From the NCBI GenBank assembly GCA_963666285.1, contig OY762711.1: 64,000 nucleotides of DNA; one strand, given 5' to 3'. Position 1 is the first letter of the stretch; the number at the start of each line of letters is the position of its first letter. A program made the position numbers and the translations under genes. Shown here piece after piece: positions 11,709 through 21,319 of this stretch. Below the pieces are notes generated by a model. It was not told the DNA's origin. It was given only the letters and a program-made list of their open reading frames with translations, and searched no databases. This DNA is from Sedimentisphaerales bacterium (GTDB lineage Bacteria; Planctomycetota; Phycisphaerae; Sedimentisphaerales; SM23-30).

Positions 11709-12536
11709 TTACTTTACCCTATTAATAACAGCAGAATCATCCCTTTGTACCGTTCGGCTATACCTAATTCCGGGCATACCAAACAGCATAGGGTAATAAT
11801 AGCTATTAGCAGGTAAATTAATCCTCTTTTTATATTTAGGTAAAATTTCAAGTGCCATCTTTAGCAAACCACACCAGGTAGTACCAATTCCACAACTCTG
11901 TGCCATCAATTCAAAATATGAAAGTGCAATATTAACATCCTCATTAGGACATGTGGCATAATTCGAAGCTGATACTATAATAAAATGAGGTGCAGACCGG
12001 AAGACTACATCAACCTGCCGTTTCTTCCATAGAAAAATCAATTTCTTTAAATAATCAAACCGCTCTGGTATAGCCCCTACTTCAGCAGCTTTAACCAGAT
12101 CCTCCATCATTTTAGACCGGAAATTGTTTAAGAAATCAATATCATCAACAACAGTAAAAACCAGGTCCTGCCTGTTTACTCCTGTGGGGCAATTAGCTAC
12201 TGTAGCAAGTATACGATCAATTTTAGTTCTCTCAACATTGACCTGTTTGTACTTTCTAACACTACGTCGTCCTTTAATCAACGTTGCCACCTGAGATGAG
12301 GTAGGTAGATTTTCCTGGTTTAGACTGATAGAATCAGACGGCTTCAACCCAAGTAAAGATAACGCCCCTGTAGGACAAACAGCCAAACAATGCTGACATT
12401 CCATACAGGCAAGCTCTCTTGCCGGAGAAACATAAGGAATATCCTGATTGCCCTTTTCAATAATACTTGCCGGACAATCATCGATACAAAGCCCACATTT
12501 GATACATAAATTTTTATCGATTTGAAAATTCAGCAT
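11709..12536 (-). CDS. Nitroreductase family protein with N-terminal 2x[4Fe-4S] ferredoxin domain
   Basis: CIKCGLCIDDCP and CMECQHCLAVCP, followed by RRSVRKY and PTGVNRQ nitroreductase motifs. Confidence 0.9.
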   Translation of the reverse strand: MLNFQIDKNLCIKCGLCIDDCPASIIEKGNQDIPYVSPARELACMECQHCLAVCPTGALSLLGLKPSDSISLNQENLPTSSQVATLIKGRRSVRKYKQVNVERTKIDRILATVANCPTGVNRQDLVFTVVDDIDFLNNFRSKMMEDLVKAAEVGAIPERFDYLKKLIFLWKKRQVDVVFRSAPHFIIVSASNYATCPNEDVNIALSYFELMAQSCGIGTTWCGLLKMALEILPKYKKRINLPANSYYYPMLFGMPGIRYSRTVQRDDSAVINRVK

Positions 12537-12541
12537 GTCAG

Positions 12542-13153
12542 TTAACTTTCCATCCTTTCACTAAGATGAGCAAGCAGGGTCTTCATTGCCCTGCCACGAT
12601 GGGAGATTTTATTTTTCTCAGAATAATCAAGCTCAGCAGCAGTATTCCCAAGTTCCGGTATAAAAAACAACGGATCATAGCCAAAGCCATTCTGCCCTTT
12701 TGGCTCAAAACCGATCTGTCCTTCAAAAGTACCTGATGTTTCAAAAATCACTCCATCAGGACCTGCCAGGCACAAACAACAGCGAAAACGAGCAGAACGC
12801 TGCTCCTGAGGTACATCTGCAAGCTCATTCAGAAGTTTCTGATTATTAGCTTTATCTTTATCTAAGCCATCCACACCGGCATATCGTGCAGAACGAACTC
12901 CCGGGGCCCCATTGAGAGCATCGACTTCCAAGCCTGAATCGTCGGCAACTACCACTTTTTGGGTCAATCTACTATAGTATTCGGCTTTACCACGTGCATT
13001 TTCTTGAAAAGTATTCCCATTCTCTTCAAATTCAGCGATATCCCCTAGATCGCTTAGGGGTTTTACAGAAATATTCAAACCGGCAAGCATTTTTTCAAAC
13101 TCAGCAACTTTTCCTTTATTACCAGTTGCAATAACAATTTCATCAATCTTCAC
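12542..13153 (-). CDS. rdgB: XTP/dITP diphosphatase (RdgB/HAM1)
   Basis: ATGNKGK, ADDSGL, FGYDPLF, KNKISHRG; likely GTG start at 13153 after GGAG. Confidence 0.93.
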   Translation of the reverse strand: MKIDEIVIATGNKGKVAEFEKMLAGLNISVKPLSDLGDIAEFEENGNTFQENARGKAEYYSRLTQKVVVADDSGLEVDALNGAPGVRSARYAGVDGLDKDKANNQKLLNELADVPQEQRSARFRCCLCLAGPDGVIFETSGTFEGQIGFEPKGQNGFGYDPLFFIPELGNTAAELDYSEKNKISHRGRAMKTLLAHLSERMES

Positions 13154-13283
13154 AAAAAGCTCCATAAGATGTGGAATTACAGTAAATAAACGGTGTATTG
13201 ATGACAATCAATATCATCAGGACAGTATTATCATTATTTTTAGAATCTGCTCAATTAAAAATCAAATTTTCTGTTAAAAATAC

Positions 13284-13311
13284 TTGCATGAACCATAATA
13301 ATTGCTATACT
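13284..13311 (+). promoter_or_regulatory. Promoter of tRNA-Pro
   Basis: TTGCAT-N16-TATACT with TGn extended -10, 14 nt upstream of the tRNA. Confidence 0.55.
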
Positions 13312-13325
13312 GACCTGTCTTGCTA

Positions 13326-13400
13326 CGGGGAGTAGCTCAGCTTGGCTAGAGCACCTGCTTTGGGAGCAGGGGGTCGCAGGTTCGAATCCTGTCTCCCCGA
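13326..13400 (+). tRNA. tRNA-Pro (TGG)
   Basis: CGGGGAGTAGCTCAG..CCTGC-TT-TGG-GA-GCAGG..GGTTCGAATCCTGTCTCCCCGA. Confidence 0.96.
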
Positions 13401-13409
13401 TTTAGACAT

Positions 13410-13446
13410 AAGGCTTTGTAATTACTAAAATTACAAAGCCTTTTTT
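13410..13446 (+). terminator. Intrinsic terminator after tRNA-Pro
   Basis: AAGGCTTTGTAATT pairs with AATTACAAAGCCTT, followed by a T-run. Confidence 0.75.
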
Positions 13447-13648
13447 AATTTTAAATTAATAAAATTCAATAAGAATTATTTTATCACTTACAACATTATA
13501 CTGATCCTATAGCTATCTTACATTATCATTGCAGGCAAATAATGACTCTATAACATTACCTTGAATGACAAATTTCATAAAGACAGACAACCTCATATCC
13601 GGCAATTGGAGACCAATACCTTTCATTTTCAACTAATAAAATCTCTCA

Positions 13649-16012
13649 TCAGAATTGTTGGAGCAAAGAACATGGTGTATCTTTCTGCAGAAAAACCTTT
13701 CTCTTTTTGCCGTTATAGACAAAAGTGTATTCACCATCAGAACCAGCCTTTACAACAACATCCTGTAGTTCCTTGTCCTTCCATTCCATGTCAACAATCA
13801 CATCACCGCGAGCCTTTAGACCTTTAACTGAACCGCTTGACCATTTGCCAGGCAATGCCGGTAGTAAATGGATTTCATACCGTAAACCATCACCCGATAG
13901 CGGCACATGGCTTTGAAGCAACATCTCTGCCACTCCGGCGGTATGCCCAAAATTGCCATCAATCTGGAACGGAGGATGCAGACACCATAAGGCATCGCTC
14001 ACTCGTGAACTTATATAATTCCCAATTAATTTATGTGCCCGGTCACCATCAAGCAGCCTGGCCCACATATTGATCTTCCAGCCCATACTCCAGCCGGTAG
14101 CACCATCGCCGCGATAGTTCATAGACTGAATCGCCGCACTGGCAAATTTATCATCATCTTGAGAAGGTAAAATTCGACTACCTGGATGCACAGCAAACAA
14201 ATGAGAAAAATGTCTGTGCTTATCTTTGTTTGCTTTTTTTTCCAGTTCCGGATCATTCCACTCCTGCAATTGGCCATACCGGCCTATCTTTAAAGGCAGC
14301 AAACGATCTCGAGCTTCCTGAATCCTATCGGATATTTCATCTTCATTACCAACTATCTCTGCCGCCTTAATGCAATTATTGAACAGTTCCCAGACAACCA
14401 TATTGGGGAAATATGCCTTATCATTCATAGGCCCGTGTTCTGGTGAATACGATGGCACAACAACCAGATATCCCCCCTCAATCTCCTGGAGATTATCAAG
14501 CCAAAACTGGGCCGCCCCCTTAAGTAAAGGCCAGGCATAGTTTTCCAGATAATCCTTATCATCTGTAAAAGCATAATGATCCCATACATTCTGACATATA
14601 AATGCCGCACTTTCGGCTTCCATCATATGTACTCCCCTGGCAGGACCGGGAGATGTTGCCCCCCAGACATTGCATGTATGATGTGCCACCCAACCAGATG
14701 AGTTATAATGTATCCTGGCTGTTAATTCTCCTGCCCGCTTTAGATCAAATAGCCATTGCGTTAGCGGTTCCATACATTCTGATAGATTACAGGAATCGAC
14801 CGGCCAGTAATTCATCTGGAGATTAATATTCAAATGATAATCCCCATTCCAGGCCGGTGAATTTGTATCATTCCAGATGCCCTGCAAATTAGCCGGCATT
14901 GCCCCTGGACGCGAAGAAGCGATCATCAGGTAACGGCCAAATTGAAATGCAAGTATCTCCAGCCCCCTGTCATTTCGGTCTATCTGATACAGCTTCCTTC
15001 GCGCATCTATCGGCATATCAAAAAGATTCAGACCATCCAGGTTAAGATCGACACGGCTAAATAAATTCTGATAATCTGCAATATGCCTGTCCTTCAGGGT
15101 AGAATATGTTTTATCTGACACCCGTTTTAATACATCATCATTTTTCCGGTCAGGCTCTCCCCCGATATAATCAGGCCACGAAAGCTGATAATTCGTAGCT
15201 CCAGCCATCTTGATAATAACTTCATCCGCCCCATTAATTTCAATTGCCGGGTTCTTACCCTGATCATCAGAAGTTAAAGCCTCAACTTTGTTTACTTCAC
15301 CTGCAACATTCATTACCTCCATGCGTCCCTGGAATTTCATACCAGACTTGCCTTCCTGTCTGACATCAACCTCACCGTCGATCTGTAAAGTATTACCTAC
15401 AACGGTCACTTGACTCTTTCTATGCAAGCTTGATAAACTAATAACAAGATTTAATTCCCCCGGCTTATCCACAGAGAACTTCATTATGCAAACCTGATCC
15501 GGATAACTACTGAAGTATTCCCGCTTATAGTTTACACCTTCATATCGATACGATACTTCTGCAACTGCATTTTCCAGGTCCAGGCTTCTTTTATAATCGG
15601 AGATTTTTTCAAAATCATGACCAAAATTAACATGTGCATTAAAAAAAGATTGATAGCTGCCAAAGTCTGGTTTGCCATAGCCGTAATAACTGCAAAACTC
15701 TTCCAGGGCAACTTTATCAATATCACTCTGAGATGCACCATCATTTATCATTTTGCGTAGTTTTTTTAATGCTTCATACGAACCCTGGCGATCATTATCC
15801 TTTTCAAACCAGCCGCTCCAAAGACTGTCCTCATTAAAGATAACCTTTTCAACGGTAGTTCCGAAAACAACCATCCCCAGCCGACCATTACCCAGCGGCA
15901 ACCCATTATCCCAGCTTGAGGCAGGCTTATCAAACCAGATAGAATTTTGCTGTCCCAAAGCAAAAGAACAGCAAAAACATAAAATTAATATCATGCAGCG
16001 TTTTACTATCAT
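13649..16012 (-). CDS. Secreted GH95 glycoside hydrolase (alpha-L-fucosidase-like)
   Basis: Signal peptide; [52 protein letters not shown]. Confidence 0.9.
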   Translation of the reverse strand: MIVKRCMILILCFCCSFALGQQNSIWFDKPASSWDNGLPLGNGRLGMVVFGTTVEKVIFNEDSLWSGWFEKDNDRQGSYEALKKLRKMINDGASQSDIDKVALEEFCSYYGYGKPDFGSYQSFFNAHVNFGHDFEKISDYKRSLDLENAVAEVSYRYEGVNYKREYFSSYPDQVCIMKFSVDKPGELNLVISLSSLHRKSQVTVVGNTLQIDGEVDVRQEGKSGMKFQGRMEVMNVAGEVNKVEALTSDDQGKNPAIEINGADEVIIKMAGATNYQLSWPDYIGGEPDRKNDDVLKRVSDKTYSTLKDRHIADYQNLFSRVDLNLDGLNLFDMPIDARRKLYQIDRNDRGLEILAFQFGRYLMIASSRPGAMPANLQGIWNDTNSPAWNGDYHLNINLQMNYWPVDSCNLSECMEPLTQWLFDLKRAGELTARIHYNSSGWVAHHTCNVWGATSPGPARGVHMMEAESAAFICQNVWDHYAFTDDKDYLENYAWPLLKGAAQFWLDNLQEIEGGYLVVVPSYSPEHGPMNDKAYFPNMVVWELFNNCIKAAEIVGNEDEISDRIQEARDRLLPLKIGRYGQLQEWNDPELEKKANKDKHRHFSHLFAVHPGSRILPSQDDDKFASAAIQSMNYRGDGATGWSMGWKINMWARLLDGDRAHKLIGNYISSRVSDALWCLHPPFQIDGNFGHTAGVAEMLLQSHVPLSGDGLRYEIHLLPALPGKWSSGSVKGLKARGDVIVDMEWKDKELQDVVVKAGSDGEYTFVYNGKKRKVFLQKDTPCSLLQQF

Positions 16013-16099
16013 ACTTTACTCCTAAAAACTCCTGGTCATCACAAATGTCTAAAACTGGCAGCTACCCTGCTTTATAACACTACAAGAAAAAAGTCAGCC

Positions 16100-16143
16100 A
16101 AAAAAAATAAGGCTTTACAACTATCATAATTACAAAGCCTTAT
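16100..16143 (-). terminator. Intrinsic terminator downstream of the GH31 gene
   Basis: Minus strand ATAAGGCTTTGTAATTA..TAGTTGTAAAGCCTTAT, then a U-run. Confidence 0.65.
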
Positions 16144-16180
16144 GGTATTGGTTCCTATCTTTAGAATCGATTACTCAGTA

Positions 16181-18472
16181 TTATTTATTATCAAAAAGAC
16201 TTACAGTACCGGTAACACTAACTGAAGTTTTGCCAGTATAAGGTATAGTTAACAGTCGTTTTTCAGAGTCCCATTTAAACCCACTATTTTTTTCAAGTCT
16301 CTTTCCGTTTTTAGTTATCGTGTCGAACTTCTTACAATATACTTCAAGGACACCATTTACTCCCAGGGAGTCGAAAGTAATTTCTACATTTCCTTCCATA
16401 TCTGCATGACAAATAATTGGAATTGTTTTTTTACCATCAAAATAATCAAAAGACCGAGAGAAGTTATTTGACGGAAAGAATTCGATATGTAAAGAAGGTT
16501 TCCAATTTTCTGTCCAATTGTTATTCGATTTGAGAATATCGCCACGCGGTATTATCGCACCTGCCTTGACAAATAACGGAATAACATCGATCGGCGAATC
16601 TACGTACTTTTCCGAAGGACCTTTTACAGAATCAGTCTTATTATTATAATCGACCCACATGCCGTCAGGTAAATAGACTTTGCGACCTTTTGCCTTTTCA
16701 TTGATTATCGGAGCGACCAGGATTTCAGGTCCACACATAAACTGATCCCACATATTATTCAGTTTTTCATCTTCCGGCCACATCAGCAACATGGCCCGCA
16801 TAACAGGCATACCAGACTGCACTGCATTAAAATAACTCGATTGCATATAAGGTATCAAATCATGATGATCCCGGCATTGCTTGCGAGCTATTTCGAGCAT
16901 TTCGGAATCATAGTCCTCAGAGTACCATACCGTTCGTTTTGGGTCGATATGTACTTCCATCATCGTACAATAAGCACTAAACTGCAGCCATCGCGCAAAC
17001 AGTTCTTTTGAAGGAACCTTTGTATAGCCGCCGGTATCTGAACCATTATACGGGAAGTTAATAAAACCGCATCTTAGAGCATTTTTTACCGATATCTGTA
17101 AACCGGCATAATCACCGGAAGTGTCGCCATTCCATACACCTACATACTGCCTGCTTTTGTCGAAGGTATTGCGTGCGAAAATAAGATAATCATCGCCAAA
17201 TCTTTTTTGCATCCCTTCTGTTGTCATTTTATTAAAAAGGAAAACATTTTCATTTTCAACCGATTCGGGCATCTCGTTCTCGTGGCCCCGGTCAATTTTA
17301 TAGCCGCGAACACCAAGCTCAGGATAAACGTCGAGATAATCCATAAACCATTGATAGGCCCCTGGAATACGCATATCTGCTGCTGGCCGATCGGTATAAC
17401 CTTTGAAAAGATATTCTTTTTTATAGCCCTGATCTCTAAGCTTATTATGCACTCTATTTGCAATCCATAACAAAAGCTTGTATCCCTGGCTATCCAGATT
17501 GTCAATCATAGCTTTGGGGTCAGGAAATCCCTTTTCTGAAGTATCAAAACCGCCATTACCCCAGCCCCACTCTCCGGCATCAAAAGGACGATCAATCCAG
17601 ATCGCCGAAGCAGGAATTTGGTGATACTGCAAGTAATTTGCCGTAGCCAAAACGTTATCCTGGGCACAGGATATTTTTTTATCCGCTACAATATCCTTAT
17701 GCCCCATATCGCTATAGTCGTCGTCACGCCACCAGATTGAATCAAAAGCCCATACCGGCGGCATGAATGCCGGACCAGACAGATCGTTGAATGTTTTTAA
17801 TATTTCCGAATAATCATTTCCATATATAAAATAGTATTCAAGATTATCAGTATCAAAACTGAACCCTGTTTTGCTTTCTTTTGCAAATGAATATCGCCCC
17901 TTAGCCATAGTAGGGACATATATGCCATACTTTCTGGTAGTCATATAAAAAGGAGCACGGGCATTTGCATAACTTGCCCCTTTACCATGGGTATAACCAA
18001 GCAAATCGCAATCTGCTCCCCTGTTTGAAATAGCTCCGCCTCTTGGATACTCCCATATCCCGTAATATTCCTCTCCATTATCGGCAAATTGTTCTCTAAT
18101 GCTGGTTATCTCGGAATCAGAACCTGATACGGCAAAACGAATAAGATTGTCATCTTCAGCTGAAATAATAAAAACAGCTTTATGATCAGCTCCTTCAAGA
18201 ATAAGATCGGCCTTAAGAGTTTTTTCTTCTACTCGAATATTAACAGCTTCTAAAACCTTAAATGATTTTTCATTTGAGTAAAATACTGTTTGAGAATGCT
18301 GAAGTAATATATTACCTTTTTCATTATCAATAATAGAAAACTGAAATGGGTTTTCACCTATTTGCACTTCCACAAGATCTGTTTTTAAGGAAAATCCGGG
18401 GCTTGCCCAAAGCGAACAACTGAAAACAAAGAAAATAGCAAATATTTTAATCAAAGCCCTGTTGTTGAACAC
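16181..18472 (-). CDS. Secreted GH31 glycoside hydrolase
   Basis: Signal peptide; IWIDRP, GYKIDRGHE (nucleophile region), WNGD (acid/base), GSDTGGY, ELFARWLQF, GMPVMRAM, DQFMCGPEILVAP. Confidence 0.88.
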   Translation of the reverse strand: MFNNRALIKIFAIFFVFSCSLWASPGFSLKTDLVEVQIGENPFQFSIIDNEKGNILLQHSQTVFYSNEKSFKVLEAVNIRVEEKTLKADLILEGADHKAVFIISAEDDNLIRFAVSGSDSEITSIREQFADNGEEYYGIWEYPRGGAISNRGADCDLLGYTHGKGASYANARAPFYMTTRKYGIYVPTMAKGRYSFAKESKTGFSFDTDNLEYYFIYGNDYSEILKTFNDLSGPAFMPPVWAFDSIWWRDDDYSDMGHKDIVADKKISCAQDNVLATANYLQYHQIPASAIWIDRPFDAGEWGWGNGGFDTSEKGFPDPKAMIDNLDSQGYKLLLWIANRVHNKLRDQGYKKEYLFKGYTDRPAADMRIPGAYQWFMDYLDVYPELGVRGYKIDRGHENEMPESVENENVFLFNKMTTEGMQKRFGDDYLIFARNTFDKSRQYVGVWNGDTSGDYAGLQISVKNALRCGFINFPYNGSDTGGYTKVPSKELFARWLQFSAYCTMMEVHIDPKRTVWYSEDYDSEMLEIARKQCRDHHDLIPYMQSSYFNAVQSGMPVMRAMLLMWPEDEKLNNMWDQFMCGPEILVAPIINEKAKGRKVYLPDGMWVDYNNKTDSVKGPSEKYVDSPIDVIPLFVKAGAIIPRGDILKSNNNWTENWKPSLHIEFFPSNNFSRSFDYFDGKKTIPIICHADMEGNVEITFDSLGVNGVLEVYCKKFDTITKNGKRLEKNSGFKWDSEKRLLTIPYTGKTSVSVTGTVSLFDNK

Positions 18473-19115
18473 AATTCACCTCTTTTTCAAAAAAAATAAA
18501 CAATTAAATATTACAATAAAGTAGCTACTTTTGGATCTTCCGGATGTATCTGCCAATTAATCAAGATAACATCCAGAATGTAATTACATATACATCTTAC
18601 AAAATTAATATGTATTTGCAAATCATATATATATTGACAAACACTTAACAAATTAATGCAAAAACAATAAAATTACATAGACTCGAATTAATTGGGATAA
18701 AAATCACCTCAACTATAATGAACATGGCATCCCGGCTTGTGTGACAAAATCTTGATAGGAATGCCATAGGACAAGCTCTTGCGGTGATGAATTGAGATTG
18801 TCAATGCTAGAGGGCAAATCAGAATGATTTGCCAAGGCTTGATATAAATATTCAGTTTTTATAGAACGCTTTTATGTTAAAGACGAAGTTTTCGTCGTTG
18901 TTAAGTTTTATAGAGAGCTGATTTTTGCTGGTAATCATTTTTGTTGGCTCTCTACTATTGGACGGTATGTCAAAAGTGCGCTGATTTTATGGGCGGGATG
19001 GTTGGCTTGGAAGTTTGTAAGGTGTTGGGGGTAAACGGGATAAAATTTCTGGGAATTATTGATTTTCGCGATTTGGTGGTTGTAAAAACGCGGTGATTTT
19101 TTCTTTGAAAAAATC

Positions 19116-20036
19116 AAGTGAAGAATTGCGGTGTCGCTTCGCGACGACTAATTAATGGGAGACGGAGGGTAAGCGGAATATGTACGGGGCAGCGCGGCGG
19201 TGGGACGGCGGTGAAAAGGGGTACGGATTTGAGCGAAGGCGAATTGCGGGCCGCGGGCAATATACGGCGGGACATTAAATGGGTGCGGCGGTACGCGGAC
19301 GGAAACGGAGCGGAGACGCGACAAGCTACGCTAAATGAAAAATTAATAATTAAAAGTGAAAAATTAAGGTGTCGCTGCGCGACCTATTTTAAACGGCTGA
19401 CGCCGAGCGACGGAAGGTCGCTGGAAAGTTGACAGGAGAGCAGCTAAAAAGCAACGAGCTATCAGCGGCGAGCTACGCTAAGTGAAAAATGAATAATGAA
19501 TAATGAAAAGTTGAGGTGTCCGCTTCGCGGACAGCTTATTTTAAATGGTGGTGCCGAATATGCCGAGCTCCGCCTGAAGCGGATCTCATTCTACTCAGCG
19601 TTCCAGAGGTGAAGGAGGAGTTAAAAAACGGAATGAAATTGAAGGGTGCGGAGATATAAGGATGAGTATATGGCAGGTTTGAAGAGGAGGTGCGGCAGGA
19701 AGCGGATTTTGCGGGATTTGTTGTAAGTTGTTATTTTTGGTTTATGGGCGGACCAGATGCTGCGAAGCGGCATCAAAGTGTAAAGGGTAAAATAAAAAGT
19801 GTAAAGGAGGTGTTCGCCTGGCGGCTCACAACTTATTTTAAAGCTAACGCGTGATTTCAGAATTATGGCACCTGAAGGATGACATTTCAAAATATAAAAA
19901 GCTTTTTAATGGTTTATTCTACGCATCATATGCATGACGCACTTTTGAATGTTCAACATTATACGCAAAGGTCGGAACAGGGCCAATTAAGTGAAACAAA
20001 TAAGGTGTTCGACTATCGTATCACATTTTGTTTAAA
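19116..20036 (+). repeat. Array of five degenerate heptamer + GGTGT-hairpin + TATTTTAAA units
   Basis: GGTGT cores at ~19130, 19368, 19515, 19809 and 20004. Each is preceded by A-rich 7-mer-like repeats and followed by a 3-nt-loop GC hairpin; units 2-4 end in TATTTTAAA. Confidence 0.8.
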
Positions 20037-20100
20037 TTCAAAGTATTGCAGGAAGGCTCTTTTAGGCGATTTTTACATCTTAAAAACTACCAAAGTTAAC
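19911..20100. repeat. ~190 bp dispersed element, copy 1 (MITE-like)
   Basis: Colinear, highly similar direct copy of 42753-42963; shared blocks include TGTTCAACATTATACGCAAAGG, CGGAACAGGGCCAATTAAGTGAAA and TAAGGTGTTCGACTATCGT. Confidence 0.85.
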
Positions 20101-20355
20101 TTTGAGTAAATTACAATATGACCTTTATCGTTCATAAACATATCGCAAGTAAGCTTAACCAAAAATCAAGTTCCTGAGAGAAAATATAATCAGTATGTTA
20201 GTGCATACTACAGGTGTCGGGAACTGAAAGCCAATTGGGGCAGTCAGGACAATTGATTGTGCCCAGGGCATACGCAGCGGGCTGCACAATGCTGATTCTG
20301 ACGGGACTGATATGTGTTTGCCGGGCGATGGTTAATTTCATGCCCAGCCAGGATA

Positions 20356-21171
20356 TTAGATGAGGTCGGTGTCGTTGGCTTTTACCCAGGTGATATCATC
20401 GTTGCCAAGCATGATCTTGTACCACCCCTGCCGTTTTTCGAGCAGTTTGAACTCTGTGCCGCTGTGGAGCGGTTCGGTATAGCTTTCGGGGTAGGTGTCG
20501 CTATCGCCCTGCCGGGCTACGGTCTGATGGGCGGTGATAACGCCGTATGCGAGCCTGTCGCTGTTGATCCGTTCGTATGTAACGGAGCCTGTGAGGCATA
20601 GTGTGCAGAATAGCATAAGAACAGCGACCATGACCGCGGGGGCGGGGTGTTTGCGGGTCTTTATCATAATAGCGATAACAATACAGGTGATCCACCAGAA
20701 AGCGATCGCGGAGATGAGGCGGCCCTTGAGCGAGAAGTCGTAATGCCAGAAGAAAAGGGTTTCGAGCACTTTCTTTTCGACGGGAACGGGTATCTGGTCG
20801 GTCCTTAGCGAGCGGGCGTAGGTAAGGTTGCCGGCGATGTCGGTGTTGGAGCCGTCGAGTTTTTCGGCACGCCGATAGTTCAGAATGGCCATACCAATGT
20901 CACCTTTCATCATCCAAGCGTTGCCGATATTGTAAAAGATATGAGAGTTTTGTATGCCGTAATCGTCGATAAGCTTGCGGAAATAGAGTATCGCCTTGTC
21001 GTATTGGGCCATAGCTGCTGCGGTATCGGTTGCGGAAAGACTGTTGGCCTCAGAGAATGCGGTCTCGGCGTTACGCAGGCAATCCTGGGCCGATAGTTCA
21101 GAGCTGTCAGCGGCGAACGCAAGCACAGGAACGAGCAACAGAACAATTATAATGTATTTTATGGTACGCAT
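20356..21171 (-). CDS. batE: BatE-like TPR + TM + SH3 protein
   Basis: Signal peptide, TPR (YNIGNAW..AILNYRRA), two TMs, C-terminal SH3-like LHSGTEF..GWYKI; last gene of the bat cluster. Confidence 0.75.
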   Translation of the reverse strand: MRTIKYIIIVLLLVPVLAFAADSSELSAQDCLRNAETAFSEANSLSATDTAAAMAQYDKAILYFRKLIDDYGIQNSHIFYNIGNAWMMKGDIGMAILNYRRAEKLDGSNTDIAGNLTYARSLRTDQIPVPVEKKVLETLFFWHYDFSLKGRLISAIAFWWITCIVIAIMIKTRKHPAPAVMVAVLMLFCTLCLTGSVTYERINSDRLAYGVITAHQTVARQGDSDTYPESYTEPLHSGTEFKLLEKRQGWYKIMLGNDDITWVKANDTDLI

Positions 21172-21319
21172 GTTATTATCTTCTATTATATTCAAACTTA
21201 CCGATGAGCTGTTTGATAGGTATTAGGCAGGAATTGCCGCACAAGCGGCAGACTATTTTAATTTTCAAAAACAGCTGCATTCATTATTCCAATTATCATA
21301 CAACACCAATTTGGTTTGA

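Noticed and set aside
15464..15472. Perfect DnaA box TTATCCACA
   Set aside because: Single copy inside the GH95 coding sequence, 3 kb from the skew switch; no cluster.
18855..18882. XerD-like half-site TTATGTTAAAG as a possible dif site at the skew switch
   Set aside because: The partner arm at 6-bp spacing (GTTTTTATAGA) does not fit the XerC ..ATAA consensus, and the skew polarity is origin-like rather than terminus-like.
18991..19230. G-quadruplex-forming tract
   Set aside because: G-runs are mostly GG with long, irregular loops, explained by the general G skew.
19116..20036. CRISPR array or integron attC array
   Set aside because: Repeats are degenerate, spacers are irregular and far longer than CRISPR spacers, no cas or intI gene is nearby, and no RYYYAAC/GTTRRRY ends were seen.
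18935..20109. Short ORFs 18935-19117, 19118-19432, 19621-19890 and 19879-20109
   Set aside because: They translate the repeat units, have no recognisable motifs, and the last is not conserved as a frame in the second element copy.
13326..20355. Classical integrative island at tRNA-Pro
   Set aside because: No integrase and no duplicated tRNA 3' end were found in the window.
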